DNA of 64,000 nt, from the NCBI GenBank assembly GCA_027036135.1, contig JALVSY010000030.1:160001-224000 (forward strand). Direction: 5' to 3'. The position numbers and the translations under genes were made by a program. Shown here in pieces: positions 19,870 to 29,682 of the stretch (the stretch's first letter is position 1; each line of letters opens with the position of its first letter). The notes beneath the pieces are model-generated. The model ran no database searches and was not told where the DNA came from. It saw only the letters and a program-made list of their open reading frames with translations. Source of the DNA: Pyrodictiaceae archaeon (GTDB lineage Archaea; Thermoproteota; Thermoprotei_A; Sulfolobales; Pyrodictiaceae).

Positions 19870-21198
19870 CTATGGGACTAGTCTCTCAGGGTCCCTTGGC
19901 AACAGCCTTGCCTCTCTGATATTGCCGAGACCAAGGAACTGCATTACTACGCGCTCTAGCCCTATTCCTGCACCTCCGTGAGGTGGTGCACCGTAGCGGA
20001 ACATAGCTAGATACCATTCAAAGTTCTTTGGGTTAAGACCCTTCTCTTGAAGCTGGCTAACAAGTACCTCATAGCGATGCTCACGCTGTCCTCCCGTAGC
20101 TATCTCTAGCCCACGGAATAACAGATCAAAACTATATGTCCAATCGGGTTCATCGCTCTTCCTCATCGTATAGAATGGACGAACCTTCCAGGGATACTCC
20201 GTGACGAAAACCAGGGGTGAACCATACTCTTTGAGCACTATTTCTCCGAGCTTTCGCTCAGCCTCACTGCTTAGATCCTCGCCTTCTTCTATGCTTACCC
20301 CTGCACTTCTTAGGAGTTTATAGGCCTCACGTATCGTGATTCTCGGTACAGTGCGCGGCACCTCCATTAAGGCATCGGAGAAATACTCTTGAACCCTATC
20401 CTTATATTTTCCTAAAGCCGACCTTATCATTGACAGCACGGCGTTCTCCGCCACTTTCATCACATCCTCGTAGCTATCTATGAACCCCATCTCGAAGTCC
20501 ACGCTTGTGTACTCAGTTAGATGTCTAGTAGTGTGATGTGGTTCTGCCCTAAAGGCAGGCCCTACCTCAAATACCTTCTCGAACCCGGCTATTACGCCCA
20601 TTTGTTTATAGAGCTGGGGCGACTGGGCCAAAAATGCTGGGCGATCAAAATATACTATGCTAAAAACCTCTGCTCCACCCTCGGTGGCTGCGCCAACTAT
20701 TTTAGAGGTATAGATCTCAATGAATCCGTTGCTGTGGAAGAATTCTCGAGCAGCTCGAGCCATTTCTGCTTCAACAAGGAATATGAGTTGGTTCCGAGGA
20801 TGACGTAAGTCAAGGAAGCGCCAGTCAAGTCTCTTTGCAAGAGTTGTTTTACTTGGGTCTTTTATATCAATAGGTAGCGGTTCTGCCCTCGAATATACTA
20901 CGAGTTCCTCAACTACTATCTCTCTACCACCAAGTGCAGCCTTGCTCTCAACAAGGGTTCCTCTAGCCCCGATAACGCTCTCTGGCGATAACTTCTTTGC
21001 CTCCCTCCAGGCGGTTTCGGACACGTTTTTCTTTACAACCAGCTGCATTTTACCAGTTCTATCCCTAAGCACTATGAATACTAGCTTACCATGTACTCTT
21101 ATTGTGTCGACCCAACCTGCTACGACGTATTTTTCCCCTATCTTTGCGTTCTGAAGTAGCTCTGCAATGTACCTTCGTTCAGCAAGTCGTATAGCCAT
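19870..21198 (-). CDS. aspS: Aspartyl-tRNA synthetase (archaeal type)
   Basis: OB fold AGWV...LRDRTG, RLDWRFLDLR, LAQSPQLYKQM, YGAPPHGGAGIGLER. Confidence 0.97.
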   Translation of the reverse strand: MAIRLAERRYIAELLQNAKIGEKYVVAGWVDTIRVHGKLVFIVLRDRTGKMQLVVKKNVSETAWREAKKLSPESVIGARGTLVESKAALGGREIVVEELVVYSRAEPLPIDIKDPSKTTLAKRLDWRFLDLRHPRNQLIFLVEAEMARAAREFFHSNGFIEIYTSKIVGAATEGGAEVFSIVYFDRPAFLAQSPQLYKQMGVIAGFEKVFEVGPAFRAEPHHTTRHLTEYTSVDFEMGFIDSYEDVMKVAENAVLSMIRSALGKYKDRVQEYFSDALMEVPRTVPRITIREAYKLLRSAGVSIEEGEDLSSEAERKLGEIVLKEYGSPLVFVTEYPWKVRPFYTMRKSDEPDWTYSFDLLFRGLEIATGGQREHRYEVLVSQLQEKGLNPKNFEWYLAMFRYGAPPHGGAGIGLERVVMQFLGLGNIREARLLPRDPERLVP

Positions 21199-21350
21199 TC
21201 CCGCACCCGGACTAGAGCCGCAGCACTGTACCTTTAAGACTTAATTCTCAAAGAAGGTGCTAGGCGTATCACACACCAGCGCCGGAAAACAAGCCACGCG
21301 AACAATATATACAAGCATTAATTCGATGCCAGAACTGTAAGTGCACGTGG

Positions 21351-22301
21351 TTATCTTTTCTCATACCTTATTTCGTTCACGAACTCGTCTATACTACGAT
21401 AGATATCTAGAATATCCGTATCAGTTACTCCCCCTTCTATTGTTTGCCTAGAGGCTTGCCGTATTATAGCTACTATCTTCGCGTTTACGCTTGACGCTAC
21501 TTTTGCTGACTCAGAGACCTTCTTTAACAATATCTTCTCCTTTGATGCACTTAGGACTATAACCATTCTTTCCTTATCCACGCGGGCAACAGCATCTGGC
21601 GGCGCGCGCTTTGTCTCAACGAGTTCTCCTCCTAAATCCTTGATAGCACTTGATAACCTCTCTAGGCGAGAGCTAATGTAGCGACGCTGCTTAGGAATAT
21701 ATCGGTTCTTTTCCTCCTCTTCAAGGATATTTATTGGGCGAAAAACCTTGTCTCCAAACACTTCCATTAGCCGCAGAGCTGTCTGTAGCGATACATCTGT
21801 TTCCTCTCTCTCATACATGTATACGGCTCTGCGACTCACGCTGAGTAGGACCGCTAAGTCACCCAGTCCATATCCTTTACGCTCTCTCTCGACACGTAGC
21901 TTCTCTCCGTCAACACGCATGTAGTAATTGCCTTGTCTTTTCACCACGTATATTGAGTTTTCAAGTGTTGATCTTAAGCCACCAACTCCAACTATGAATA
22001 TACCCGACTTCTCGTGAGCAACAATATCGTCTATCTCTTCACCATTATCATTATTAGCTACAACTAGGCCAACTGCACCTAAGATGTTACTACAATCTCT
22101 TAGCTCGCTAAGCTCGCCTGGCCTTAGGTCACTAGTATCATTAACTACCTTTATCATCAACGGTTTTCGTTCCTCGTGGGATGCAACGATGTCTATGCTT
22201 CTCTTATTATGGTCCTCCGGGTATACTATGCGCTGAACCCGGTACCCATGTATAGTAAGCAACCGTATTGTGTCATCAAGCACACTGTTTATCTTATCCA
22301 C
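21351..22301 (-). CDS. COG1395-type HTH transcriptional regulator (XRE HTH flanked by PD-(D/E)XK-like domains)
   Basis: SIDIVA...MIKV, GNYYMRVDGEKLR...GLGDLAVLLSVSRRAVYMYER. Confidence 0.8.
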   Translation of the reverse strand: MDKINSVLDDTIRLLTIHGYRVQRIVYPEDHNKRSIDIVASHEERKPLMIKVVNDTSDLRPGELSELRDCSNILGAVGLVVANNDNGEEIDDIVAHEKSGIFIVGVGGLRSTLENSIYVVKRQGNYYMRVDGEKLRVERERKGYGLGDLAVLLSVSRRAVYMYEREETDVSLQTALRLMEVFGDKVFRPINILEEEEKNRYIPKQRRYISSRLERLSSAIKDLGGELVETKRAPPDAVARVDKERMVIVLSASKEKILLKKVSESAKVASSVNAKIVAIIRQASRQTIEGGVTDTDILDIYRSIDEFVNEIRYEKR

Positions 22302-22752
22302 GGTTCGCTTGCCCCGCTTCCCCGTTAAGGTTATATACTATAGATACCATTATAAGGGTTTTAAAAAGTGAGAGGAGCTTATGCATTTCTATATCACGTA
22401 TCTCCCATAGCTCTCCTGCTAGACTTCCGCGAAGAATATAATGAAGAGCACGGGCAGCCCATGTATCAGGTTTTATTAGTTCAAAGTGCCTGGTAGTACC
22501 GCTTCTTTTATACAAAAATACCCACGGAAACTTTACTAGTCTATGAATATACCAAGGCAATATTCTTGCCATTCTCTCTAGCTCATCCTTATCAAAGCTA
22601 TGAAAAATCCCAGAGACTAAGTACACGCCTGGATTAGGAGATTCTAATAGCTCACGGAGACTCCTATACTCGCGGGGAGTATTGCTTTTGAAAAATTGTT
22701 CCTCTCTGTAAACCTTGGTGTATATTATTCGCCATATTTTGTCCGCGCTCAT
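22294..22752 (-). CDS. DUF61 family protein
   Basis: NTPREYRSLRELL...P...HSFDKDELE...LP...VKFP pattern. Confidence 0.7.
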   Translation of the reverse strand: MSADKIWRIIYTKVYREEQFFKSNTPREYRSLRELLESPNPGVYLVSGIFHSFDKDELERMARILPWYIHRLVKFPWVFLYKRSGTTRHFELIKPDTWAARALHYILRGSLAGELWEIRDIEMHKLLSLFKTLIMVSIVYNLNGEAGQANRG

Positions 22753-22806
22753 GCCTATTTTGTTCCTCAGCTATTAGAGATTCGTATGAAAAACATGTGT
22801 TCTAGG

Positions 22807-23511
22807 TTACTTTGATGGCTTGTACCTGGCATAGACCATTGCGTGGTCTTTGTCGAATGGCTCTAAGTGCACCATGTCTACTATCTCGAATCCTCGTTCA
22901 CGTAGAACGTTTATCTCGTGTTTGAATACTTCACTAGGCTCCTTGGTTACATCAATACTTCTTGCCTTGATGGCTAGAAGTAGGTATCCGTTTTCCTTTA
23001 GGAAGTAGTCAGCATTATCAGCTACTATTGCTGCTTGTTCAGGCTGGGCCACATCAGCATAGATTCCGTCAACAAGTTCCACTATATGACGATACTCATA
23101 CGGTTTCCTGGCATCATTTAGCAATGGGTACATATTGGGCCTGGTTTCACATACCGCTACTAGTTCTCTCATAACTCTAGGCGCAACATCAAGTGCATAT
23201 ACCTTGCCCTCTGGGCCCACAATATCAGATACATGGCTTGGAGTTGTACCAGTTGCAGCACCGAGGTATAGTATGCGATGACCCCTCTGTATTGGTAGCT
23301 CCTCTATCCCCTTTAGTAGAGCTGCTGCGAGCTTGCTTCGATACGGATTCCATTCCCTGAGCTCTAGTTCTCCCCACTTGAAGAGTCGTTCACCGTAAAC
23401 TCTCTTACCAGGAGCAAGGTTTACCGTAGCTAGCCTAGTGGAGCCGTCCTCTAGCTCAACTATGTATACTCCCTTATACTTTTCATGCTCTTTTACACTT
23501 ACAACCTCCAT
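22807..23511 (-). CDS. flpA: Fibrillarin rRNA/tRNA 2'-O-methyltransferase
   Basis: [39 protein letters not shown]. Confidence 0.97.
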   Translation of the reverse strand: MEVVSVKEHEKYKGVYIVELEDGSTRLATVNLAPGKRVYGERLFKWGELELREWNPYRSKLAAALLKGIEELPIQRGHRILYLGAATGTTPSHVSDIVGPEGKVYALDVAPRVMRELVAVCETRPNMYPLLNDARKPYEYRHIVELVDGIYADVAQPEQAAIVADNADYFLKENGYLLLAIKARSIDVTKEPSEVFKHEINVLRERGFEIVDMVHLEPFDKDHAMVYARYKPSK

Positions 23512-23567
23512 CTACATCCCCTCTAACCCGAGAATTGTAACAGTAAATAAGAGTCTTGGATAAGGGA

Positions 23568-24818
23568 TTATCTCCTGCCCTTTCCTCTGCCACCTTTTCT
23601 TCTTCCACGTCTTCCTCTGCGAGGCCTTGCGGGCTTTGCTGGCTTGACTTCCTCCTTCTTCCTCTTCGGGGGCTTGGCGTAGATTCTCTTTATCTCTTCT
23701 ATTCTCTTGCGTAGAGCTTCTTTCAGCTTATCTCCTATGAACCTGCCGGTGAAGTAATCTACCTTTGCGGCTATGGCGAGCTTAGCTGCTAGAGCCCTAG
23801 CTATCTTACCTCTCTGCCACCTAGGGCTTCTATGTATGTCTGGGTACTGGAATATGACTCCATGCTTTGGCGGTTTACCTCCTGTTCTTAGTGCTCGGAA
23901 TAGTGCCTTCTCTGCACCTAGTACTTGTATAGTGCTTGCGGGCAGGAAGGCTAGCTCCTCTAGGCTACCAGCTAGGCTTATGAGCCTCGCACCGAGTAGT
24001 GGACCAACAAGCGCTGTTATGTTTGGCGCGACTTCTTTCATTACTTGGGCTATGTAGTCTGACAAGTCTCTCCTAAGCTTGTATAGGTCTAGAGTTATTC
24101 TTGCGAGTCTCTGCATAGGCTCTATATCGAACTCGGGGTAGTCTGCACCCATACTCTTCTTTGCTGCCTCTGCTATTTTGCGTGCCTTCTCCTCGCTAAA
24201 GCCCAGCTTTACTAGGTTCTCAACTGTTATATTATCTCTATGACCAAGCTCCGCCACTATGCGCACATAGTCCTCGTGCTCTCTTACTAGGTCATCGAGT
24301 TCGGGAAAGTGTAGGCTGTACCATTCGCGAAGCCTTGCTGCGAACAAATTGGTTGTTTTGTCTATATCGTCTATGGCTCTTATAGCCTGTGCTGCTAATA
24401 GGTCGCGCTTTTGTGCAGCTCTTCTAAGCTTTCTACGTGTTAGCTCTAGCGTAAATTCGTGTAGGAGGCTGTAGAAATCCTCTATGCTCTTAACGAATCC
24501 GGTGTCAACGGCTATTTCTGCTGCCTTCTCTCTAACATACCTAGCTATAGCATTAGCTGGCTCAACTGATACCTCGAATCCTTTTCCTGATGCTATCCTT
24601 GCCTCCTCATTTGTCTCAACTACTAGCTCCTTTATTCCCATCTCCTTAAGCTTCTCGAGCAAGTTGAGAAATGCCGCTGCAGCCTCGCCACGTTCTATCT
24701 TAAGGGCTTCCTCAACCATGTCGTCAAGGTTTTTGGGCCCATGTACATATGCAACTATATCCTTATTCTCGTTCACCGCATAGCTACCAGTTAAATGGTC
24801 AACAACATAGATTTTCAT
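23568..24818 (-). CDS. nop5: C/D-box RNP protein Nop5 (Nop56/58)
   Basis: REWYSLHFPEL, PASTIQVLGAEKALF, PPKHGVIFQ, basic tail; probable ATG 24818. Confidence 0.96.
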   Translation of the reverse strand: MKIYVVDHLTGSYAVNENKDIVAYVHGPKNLDDMVEEALKIERGEAAAAFLNLLEKLKEMGIKELVVETNEEARIASGKGFEVSVEPANAIARYVREKAAEIAVDTGFVKSIEDFYSLLHEFTLELTRRKLRRAAQKRDLLAAQAIRAIDDIDKTTNLFAARLREWYSLHFPELDDLVREHEDYVRIVAELGHRDNITVENLVKLGFSEEKARKIAEAAKKSMGADYPEFDIEPMQRLARITLDLYKLRRDLSDYIAQVMKEVAPNITALVGPLLGARLISLAGSLEELAFLPASTIQVLGAEKALFRALRTGGKPPKHGVIFQYPDIHRSPRWQRGKIARALAAKLAIAAKVDYFTGRFIGDKLKEALRKRIEEIKRIYAKPPKRKKEEVKPAKPARPRRGRRGRRKGGRGKGRR

Positions 24819-24918
24819 GACTGCTTTTACCTCCTTTCTAAACCCATTAGTTGCTAGCATTGCAGAGGAGACTATTTTAAGCATTCGTTTTTACTTATGA
24901 AAAGAGGGGCTTATCAAC

Positions 24919-25275
24919 ATGAACGAGAAATCAGATGAGCCGCACCAGCTTCCGGAGAACAAGAAGCTTGCTATATTCGAGGGAGAGGCCCGTGTAGGTG
25001 AAGTGATGCAGGGTATACAAGCGATTCAGTTAAGACCCGAGGACCTATCAAGCCCCATAGCATTGCAAATGGCTTTGTCTAGAATGTATGAAGCAGTAAT
25101 GAAGATGCTTGAATCTGGGCCAAAGAAGCGCTACATAGCAGAGGTCAGATTTACTGATAGCCTAGGGAACCCAGTTTCCTTTGCTGTTGATCTGGGCGAA
25201 TCACCTCCACCTTTCTCAAGGGATAAAGTAAGGGCTAGAATAATAATCGAAATATTTGAGGAAGAAGAGAGCTAG
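24919..25275 (+). CDS. Conserved crenarchaeal hypothetical protein
   Basis: 118-aa ORF, divergent from nop5, GAGGGG RBS. Confidence 0.7.
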   Translation: MNEKSDEPHQLPENKKLAIFEGEARVGEVMQGIQAIQLRPEDLSSPIALQMALSRMYEAVMKMLESGPKKRYIAEVRFTDSLGNPVSFAVDLGESPPPFSRDKVRARIIIEIFEEEES

Positions 25276-25682
25276 CTATTAGGAATACATTTTATTCTAA
25301 ATCCGAGTCTTTCAATAACACTACTTAATTCTGCGCACGCATTGCTATCGGAGAGCATTATTGCTGCATTAGTTTCATCATAGTATGCGTCAATACCTCT
25401 GCGCTTCAAGCGATTAGCCAAGTAATGACCTAGAGCTCTTCCTAGTACACTGTCTACGTCTTTAACTTTATAGACTAATGGCCTAACTCTTTCTAGATAA
25501 CCTTGTCTAACAAGTGTTCTCAATAATCTTGAGGCTAGTCTCTTTGAACCCGTTAGCACATATAGCACGTCAATCGCTTCGCCAGCATTTATTTCTTCTA
25601 GGCCATTGTTTTTAGCATAAAGTAGAAGCATATAATATGCTAAGAATTCCCTTCTCTTAGGCCATCTCTTCGTAATGCCCAT
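25272..25682 (-). CDS. Winged-HTH hypothetical protein
   Basis: ASRLLRTLVRQGYLERVRPLVYKV wHTH wing. Confidence 0.65.
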   Translation of the reverse strand: MGITKRWPKRREFLAYYMLLLYAKNNGLEEINAGEAIDVLYVLTGSKRLASRLLRTLVRQGYLERVRPLVYKVKDVDSVLGRALGHYLANRLKRRGIDAYYDETNAAIMLSDSNACAELSSVIERLGFRIKCIPNS

Positions 25683-25759
25683 ACTCTTCCACGCTCTCCA
25701 TTAATCAAGAAGTGCCTTGAACCTATTAACCCCCATTCACGTTATTTCGCAACGGATAC

Positions 25760-25823
25760 CGATGAGGAACCATGTAAGGGTTGAGCCCCTATTAAGCTAT
25801 GATATATAACCAGGCTGCTGAGG
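25760..25823 (+). ncRNA. C/D-box sRNA predicted to target tRNA-Val(UAC)
   Basis: C ATGAGGA 25762, guide ACCATGTAAGGG, D' TTGA, C' ATGATAT, guide ATAACCAGGCTG, D CTGA 25818. Confidence 0.7.
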
Positions 25824-25831
25824 GCAGCGAT

Positions 25832-26590
25832 ATGCCGACCTATGATAAAGGTGACTACGCTATACCCATTGAGCATATAATTAATATGAGCGATGATTAT
25901 TTTCTCCAACTTATAAGCAGCATGTTAGGCTTAAATGATTGCGACTGCACTATGGTTGACTACCCATCAATCGTATCTGCTAGGGTGGGTAGGCATGTTA
26001 TAGATATTGTATTAGGTCAAGGAAGTATTGTTTGCAAACAAGGATGCAAGGAAATAGCCCAAATAGGCATACCAGTGGTTACACTCGCGTCCTCTAGCTG
26101 GGTCTACGGCCGCATAATCAAGCATAGAAAATGCTTTGTGACAGAAAAGTCTTTGGAACATATCTCAAAGCTTTCTCCAATACTCAGAGATAGCATAAAC
26201 TGGGTAATTACGAGCTTTAATGACCTCATGGAGCGTGTTGCTAAGGAGAAAGTTAAGGCGTTCTCGTTTATTCTTCCTGAATATGGTCCTCTTAGCTTTG
26301 TGCAAACTAAGTGCTGCGGACAACTTTACTCTCCAAATCCTTTACTGCATCCAGGCGCCGTTTTTGGAAAATCACGAGAAGAAGTATGCGTAAAAACATG
26401 TACTAAGATACTGGGTCCTTTCAGAAAGAAAATTATGCCCGTACTATCTATCGGAGAAGATCCAATCATTGCTCTTTATCAGGGCATGGGAGAACTTCTC
26501 CTAGCGAGTATTGCTCTTAACGATATACCTAATAACATAACCAAATCGCTTATACTTTCGCTAATTTATACATGCAGTGAAGGAGATTAG
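25832..26590 (+). CDS. Hypothetical Cys-containing protein
   Basis: Long ORF overlapping the start of taw3; start moved to ATG 25832, downstream of the sRNA. Confidence 0.6.
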   Translation: MPTYDKGDYAIPIEHIINMSDDYFLQLISSMLGLNDCDCTMVDYPSIVSARVGRHVIDIVLGQGSIVCKQGCKEIAQIGIPVVTLASSSWVYGRIIKHRKCFVTEKSLEHISKLSPILRDSINWVITSFNDLMERVAKEKVKAFSFILPEYGPLSFVQTKCCGQLYSPNPLLHPGAVFGKSREEVCVKTCTKILGPFRKKIMPVLSIGEDPIIALYQGMGELLLASIALNDIPNNITKSLILSLIYTCSEGD

Positions 26591-27254
26591 AATGAATACG
26601 CTTATTCCTACAAACTGCAACTCTACTAATTGGATTAATATACGCAATAAATTTCTAGAATCTCTTAGAGAGGCTATGACAAGACACCTCATAGACGAAG
26701 ACATAATAGACATACTGATGCTGCTGAACTCGATACCTTGTATTGTCACATCAAGTTCTTGTAGCGGACGCATAGCGTTATTTGCAGCCAATGCTCCAGG
26801 AGATAAAAAGAGAGGAGGAATAGTTGCTAAATGGCATAAACCCATAAGAGTGGATGAGTTACTTCAAGTCCTTAGAGGAGCTAGACTTGACAATTATAAA
26901 TTTGTATGGGTATCTGCGCAGCCATTAATATTAGCTCTCTATACTTGTAGCTTGCCTATTGCTAACGAGCTACTTAGAGTAGCTGAGCGTCTAGGATTAA
27001 AGTACTCCGGGATGAAGATTAGAGAAGACGCGATCTACATAATGATCTTGGGAACAGAGAGAGTAGATATCCCATTACGCGTAGATAATAATATTTTTAT
27101 AGACTTAGATAATATTAAAGAAATTAGTTCTATCGTTAATATTCTTAATACTTATTTAGTGCTAGCTAAGAGAAAATTAGCTAGGTTAAAGAGGGGGCTA
27201 GCTGCATCACTAACTTTGGTTAGGAGGGAATGTGAAGAAGCTACCCTATACTGA
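26577..27254 (+). CDS. taw3: tRNA wyosine methyltransferase Taw3
   Basis: IDEDI...VTSSSCSGRI...KWH...QPLIL...LKYSG; start uncertain. Confidence 0.9.
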   Translation: MKEIRMNTLIPTNCNSTNWINIRNKFLESLREAMTRHLIDEDIIDILMLLNSIPCIVTSSSCSGRIALFAANAPGDKKRGGIVAKWHKPIRVDELLQVLRGARLDNYKFVWVSAQPLILALYTCSLPIANELLRVAERLGLKYSGMKIREDAIYIMILGTERVDIPLRVDNNIFIDLDNIKEISSIVNILNTYLVLAKRKLARLKRGLAASLTLVRRECEEATLY

Positions 27255-27283
27255 TTGGATGATGATTATCGACCTCACGGATT
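27230..27283 (+). ncRNA. C/D-box sRNA overlapping the taw3 3' end
   Basis: C GTGAAGA 27232, 12-nt guide AGCTACCCTATA, D' CTGA 27251, C' ATGATGA 27259, 12-nt guide TTATCGACCTCA, D CGGA 27278. Confidence 0.7.
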
Positions 27284-28160
27284 AGAGAAGTCCTAGGAGA
27301 AATGCTAGGCCTCCTAATAGGAATCCCGCTTTTAGAGCACTTCGAGCTTTCTTGGATGCTTCTATAAGGGATTCCTCATCACTATGTTTCAGTAATGCTG
27401 CTACAGAATACAGTATCGTTGCGTCAACACCAATAGCGAATACGAGATATAGGATATTGTATATCCTAGTGAACCATGGTAATGGACTTATTATAACGAC
27501 TAGCAGCAGTAAGATTGAAGCTATTATAGCTGCCTTTCTTGGTCCAAGAGTTACAGCTAGCGTATATATATTAGCATGCGCATCACCCTTTACATCTTCT
27601 ATTCCCTTTACTATTTCTCTTCCCAGTACAAGAAGGAACGCATAGAATACCGGTATGAGTACTAGTGCGGGTACTTGCTTATTAAGTACAACGGCTGCAA
27701 AGAAGCCGCCAAACAATATAGTCGCAGCAGACTCTACAGCAACTGATATATTCCCAATAAACCCGGTTCGCTTTATCCAACGTGAATATTCATGGACTAG
27801 TAAGGTGCTAATAAGGCTAAATACAAGTATATAGACGGAGTAGGCAGCACTAATCAGGAGGCCTCCAAGGAAAAGAGAGTATGCGAGTACACGTGCATCT
27901 CTACGTCTAACCGCCCCCCGAACTATTGGTCTCCAAGGCTTAGATATTGCGTCGGTCTCCACGTCATAATAGTCGTTTATTACATACCCTCCTGCCGCAA
28001 TTAATACAACTATCAGTGATGCCGCAACACACGTGAGCCAGCTAGGATAGTAATGCACATACTTAATTACGGCACCGTAACCAATTATGGTGGTTAGAAA
28101 CGATACTAGAAGATTATGTGGCCTAAGCAGTTCTAAGTAGCCTCTGAACATATCATTCAT
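27282..28160 (-). CDS. Digeranylgeranylglyceryl phosphate synthase (UbiA family)
   Basis: LLRPHN, GYVINDYYDVETD...KPWRPI, REIVKGIEDVKGD; multiple TM helices. Confidence 0.88.
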   Translation of the reverse strand: MNDMFRGYLELLRPHNLLVSFLTTIIGYGAVIKYVHYYPSWLTCVAASLIVVLIAAGGYVINDYYDVETDAISKPWRPIVRGAVRRRDARVLAYSLFLGGLLISAAYSVYILVFSLISTLLVHEYSRWIKRTGFIGNISVAVESAATILFGGFFAAVVLNKQVPALVLIPVFYAFLLVLGREIVKGIEDVKGDAHANIYTLAVTLGPRKAAIIASILLLLVVIISPLPWFTRIYNILYLVFAIGVDATILYSVAALLKHSDEESLIEASKKARSALKAGFLLGGLAFLLGLL

Positions 28161-28291
28161 AATATTCTACGCACCCAGGGGCTGCATACCAAGTATTTTT
28201 AGCTTTTAGGTTCTTCCCTTAGCGCTGTATACTTTCGCTTATCTCCCATAGAGGTTGAAAGCTTAAGGAGCATTAGTACCGGGGCAAAGAT

Positions 28292-28543
28292 ATGAAATAT
28301 ACATTGCTCATTAATGCAGCACGGATTATAACACAGAGGAGGATATTATACATGAGATGGATTGATGACAATAGGATAACTGCAGCCGTTAAGGGTGAGA
28401 ACAAAACCTACTTTGTCACGCTTAATTTAAGAAGCGGTAAGGCGTGGTGTACTTGTCCAGGCTATTATTTCAGAGGTTATTGTAAGCACATTATAGCTGT
28501 TAAGACCTATGTTTCAAGGAGGCTAGGCATAACATTTACCTAG
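28292..28543 (+). CDS. SWIM zinc-finger protein
   Basis: WCTCPGYYFRGYCKHIIAV. Confidence 0.85.
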   Translation: MKYTLLINAARIITQRRILYMRWIDDNRITAAVKGENKTYFVTLNLRSGKAWCTCPGYYFRGYCKHIIAVKTYVSRRLGITFT

Positions 28544-28554
28544 CATTAGTAGGG

Positions 28555-28609
28555 GGTCAGCCGAAACCTCCTTCATCAATATTCTCAGAGTGAGTCGTAC
28601 ACATCATTT
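28555..28609 (-). ncRNA. C/D-box sRNA targeting 16S rRNA
   Basis: C ATGATGT, D' CTGA, C' TTGATGA, D CTGA; guide GGAGGTTTCG pairs with 16S 55273-55282; GTACGACTC pairs with 54964-54972 (one G-U). Confidence 0.85.
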
Positions 28610-28679
28610 CCAAGGCTAAAGGATCCATACCGTTTAACTAATTAACCTTTTAGTCCTATACTAATACCATACTTATGTC

Positions 28680-29630
28680 ATGGTGAGCTATTACCTAATG
28701 GTATCAGCTGGAACTGGAATTAATAGAATTAATATCTACGAATATGAGTTTACAAGAGGCTTCCCTATTCCTGGGTTTATTATACGGCATATACTGGGCT
28801 CTAGTGACAATAAAGTTGTCCTTAGATTTGATTTAAACGTAGCCTATGAAGTTGAGAAAAAACAAAACAATATATTCATTATGAAATTACTTATTAATAA
28901 TAATAATATATTAAGAAAAATTGAAATTTATAAAAATATATTTAATAATAAGATAGATGATAATTCTATGTATATAATTATGAATAACAATATTTATAAG
29001 ATAGAAATATTTCTAAATAATACTTATGCAAAACTTTATATATCACCATCTATGAGATCATCAACACTAAACATAAATGGAATACATATGCATCAAATAA
29101 TAAAAATGTCACCCTACAGAGACTCAGAAAGGAAAGCCTACTATGCTAGGATACGTAGAGGAGATAGGGTACTCGACATATGTACGGGACTTGGATATAC
29201 CGCTATTGCTGCACTCAAGAGAGGCGCAAGTAGTATAGTTACAATAGAGATTAGCAACCATGTACTAGGTCTCGCTGAGGTCAATCCTTGGAGTTTTTAC
29301 CTTAATTCAGATAAAATCACAATTATTAATAATGATGCACTAAATATTCTCCCGAGGATGCGCGATAATATATTCGATAGGGTAATTCATGACCCTCCAC
29401 GATTCAACATTGCAGGAGAGCTATATAGCCTTAGTTTTTATAAAGAGATTTACCGGGTTCTCAAGCCTGGTGGTTTGCTTTTTCACTATACTGGTCAACC
29501 GCTGAAAAATCGCGGTAGGGGTCTGGGGCCCATAATTAAGGGCATTAAGACGAGACTACAGCAAGCTGGCTTTATAGTACTACGCTATATCCGGGAAGTA
29601 TATGGTTTTGTAGCTGCTAAGCCCCGTTAG
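28680..29630 (+). CDS. Predicted archaeal SAM methyltransferase (COG2521-like)
   Basis: INGIHMH, VLDICTGLGYTAI, NPWS, IHDPPRF, FHYTG. Confidence 0.85.
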   Translation: MVSYYLMVSAGTGINRINIYEYEFTRGFPIPGFIIRHILGSSDNKVVLRFDLNVAYEVEKKQNNIFIMKLLINNNNILRKIEIYKNIFNNKIDDNSMYIIMNNNIYKIEIFLNNTYAKLYISPSMRSSTLNINGIHMHQIIKMSPYRDSERKAYYARIRRGDRVLDICTGLGYTAIAALKRGASSIVTIEISNHVLGLAEVNPWSFYLNSDKITIINNDALNILPRMRDNIFDRVIHDPPRFNIAGELYSLSFYKEIYRVLKPGGLLFHYTGQPLKNRGRGLGPIIKGIKTRLQQAGFIVLRYIREVYGFVAAKPR

Positions 29631-29682
29631 GGAGGACTAGCATTAAATACTCCTAATTCAACGTATAGAGACTAAGCTATCG

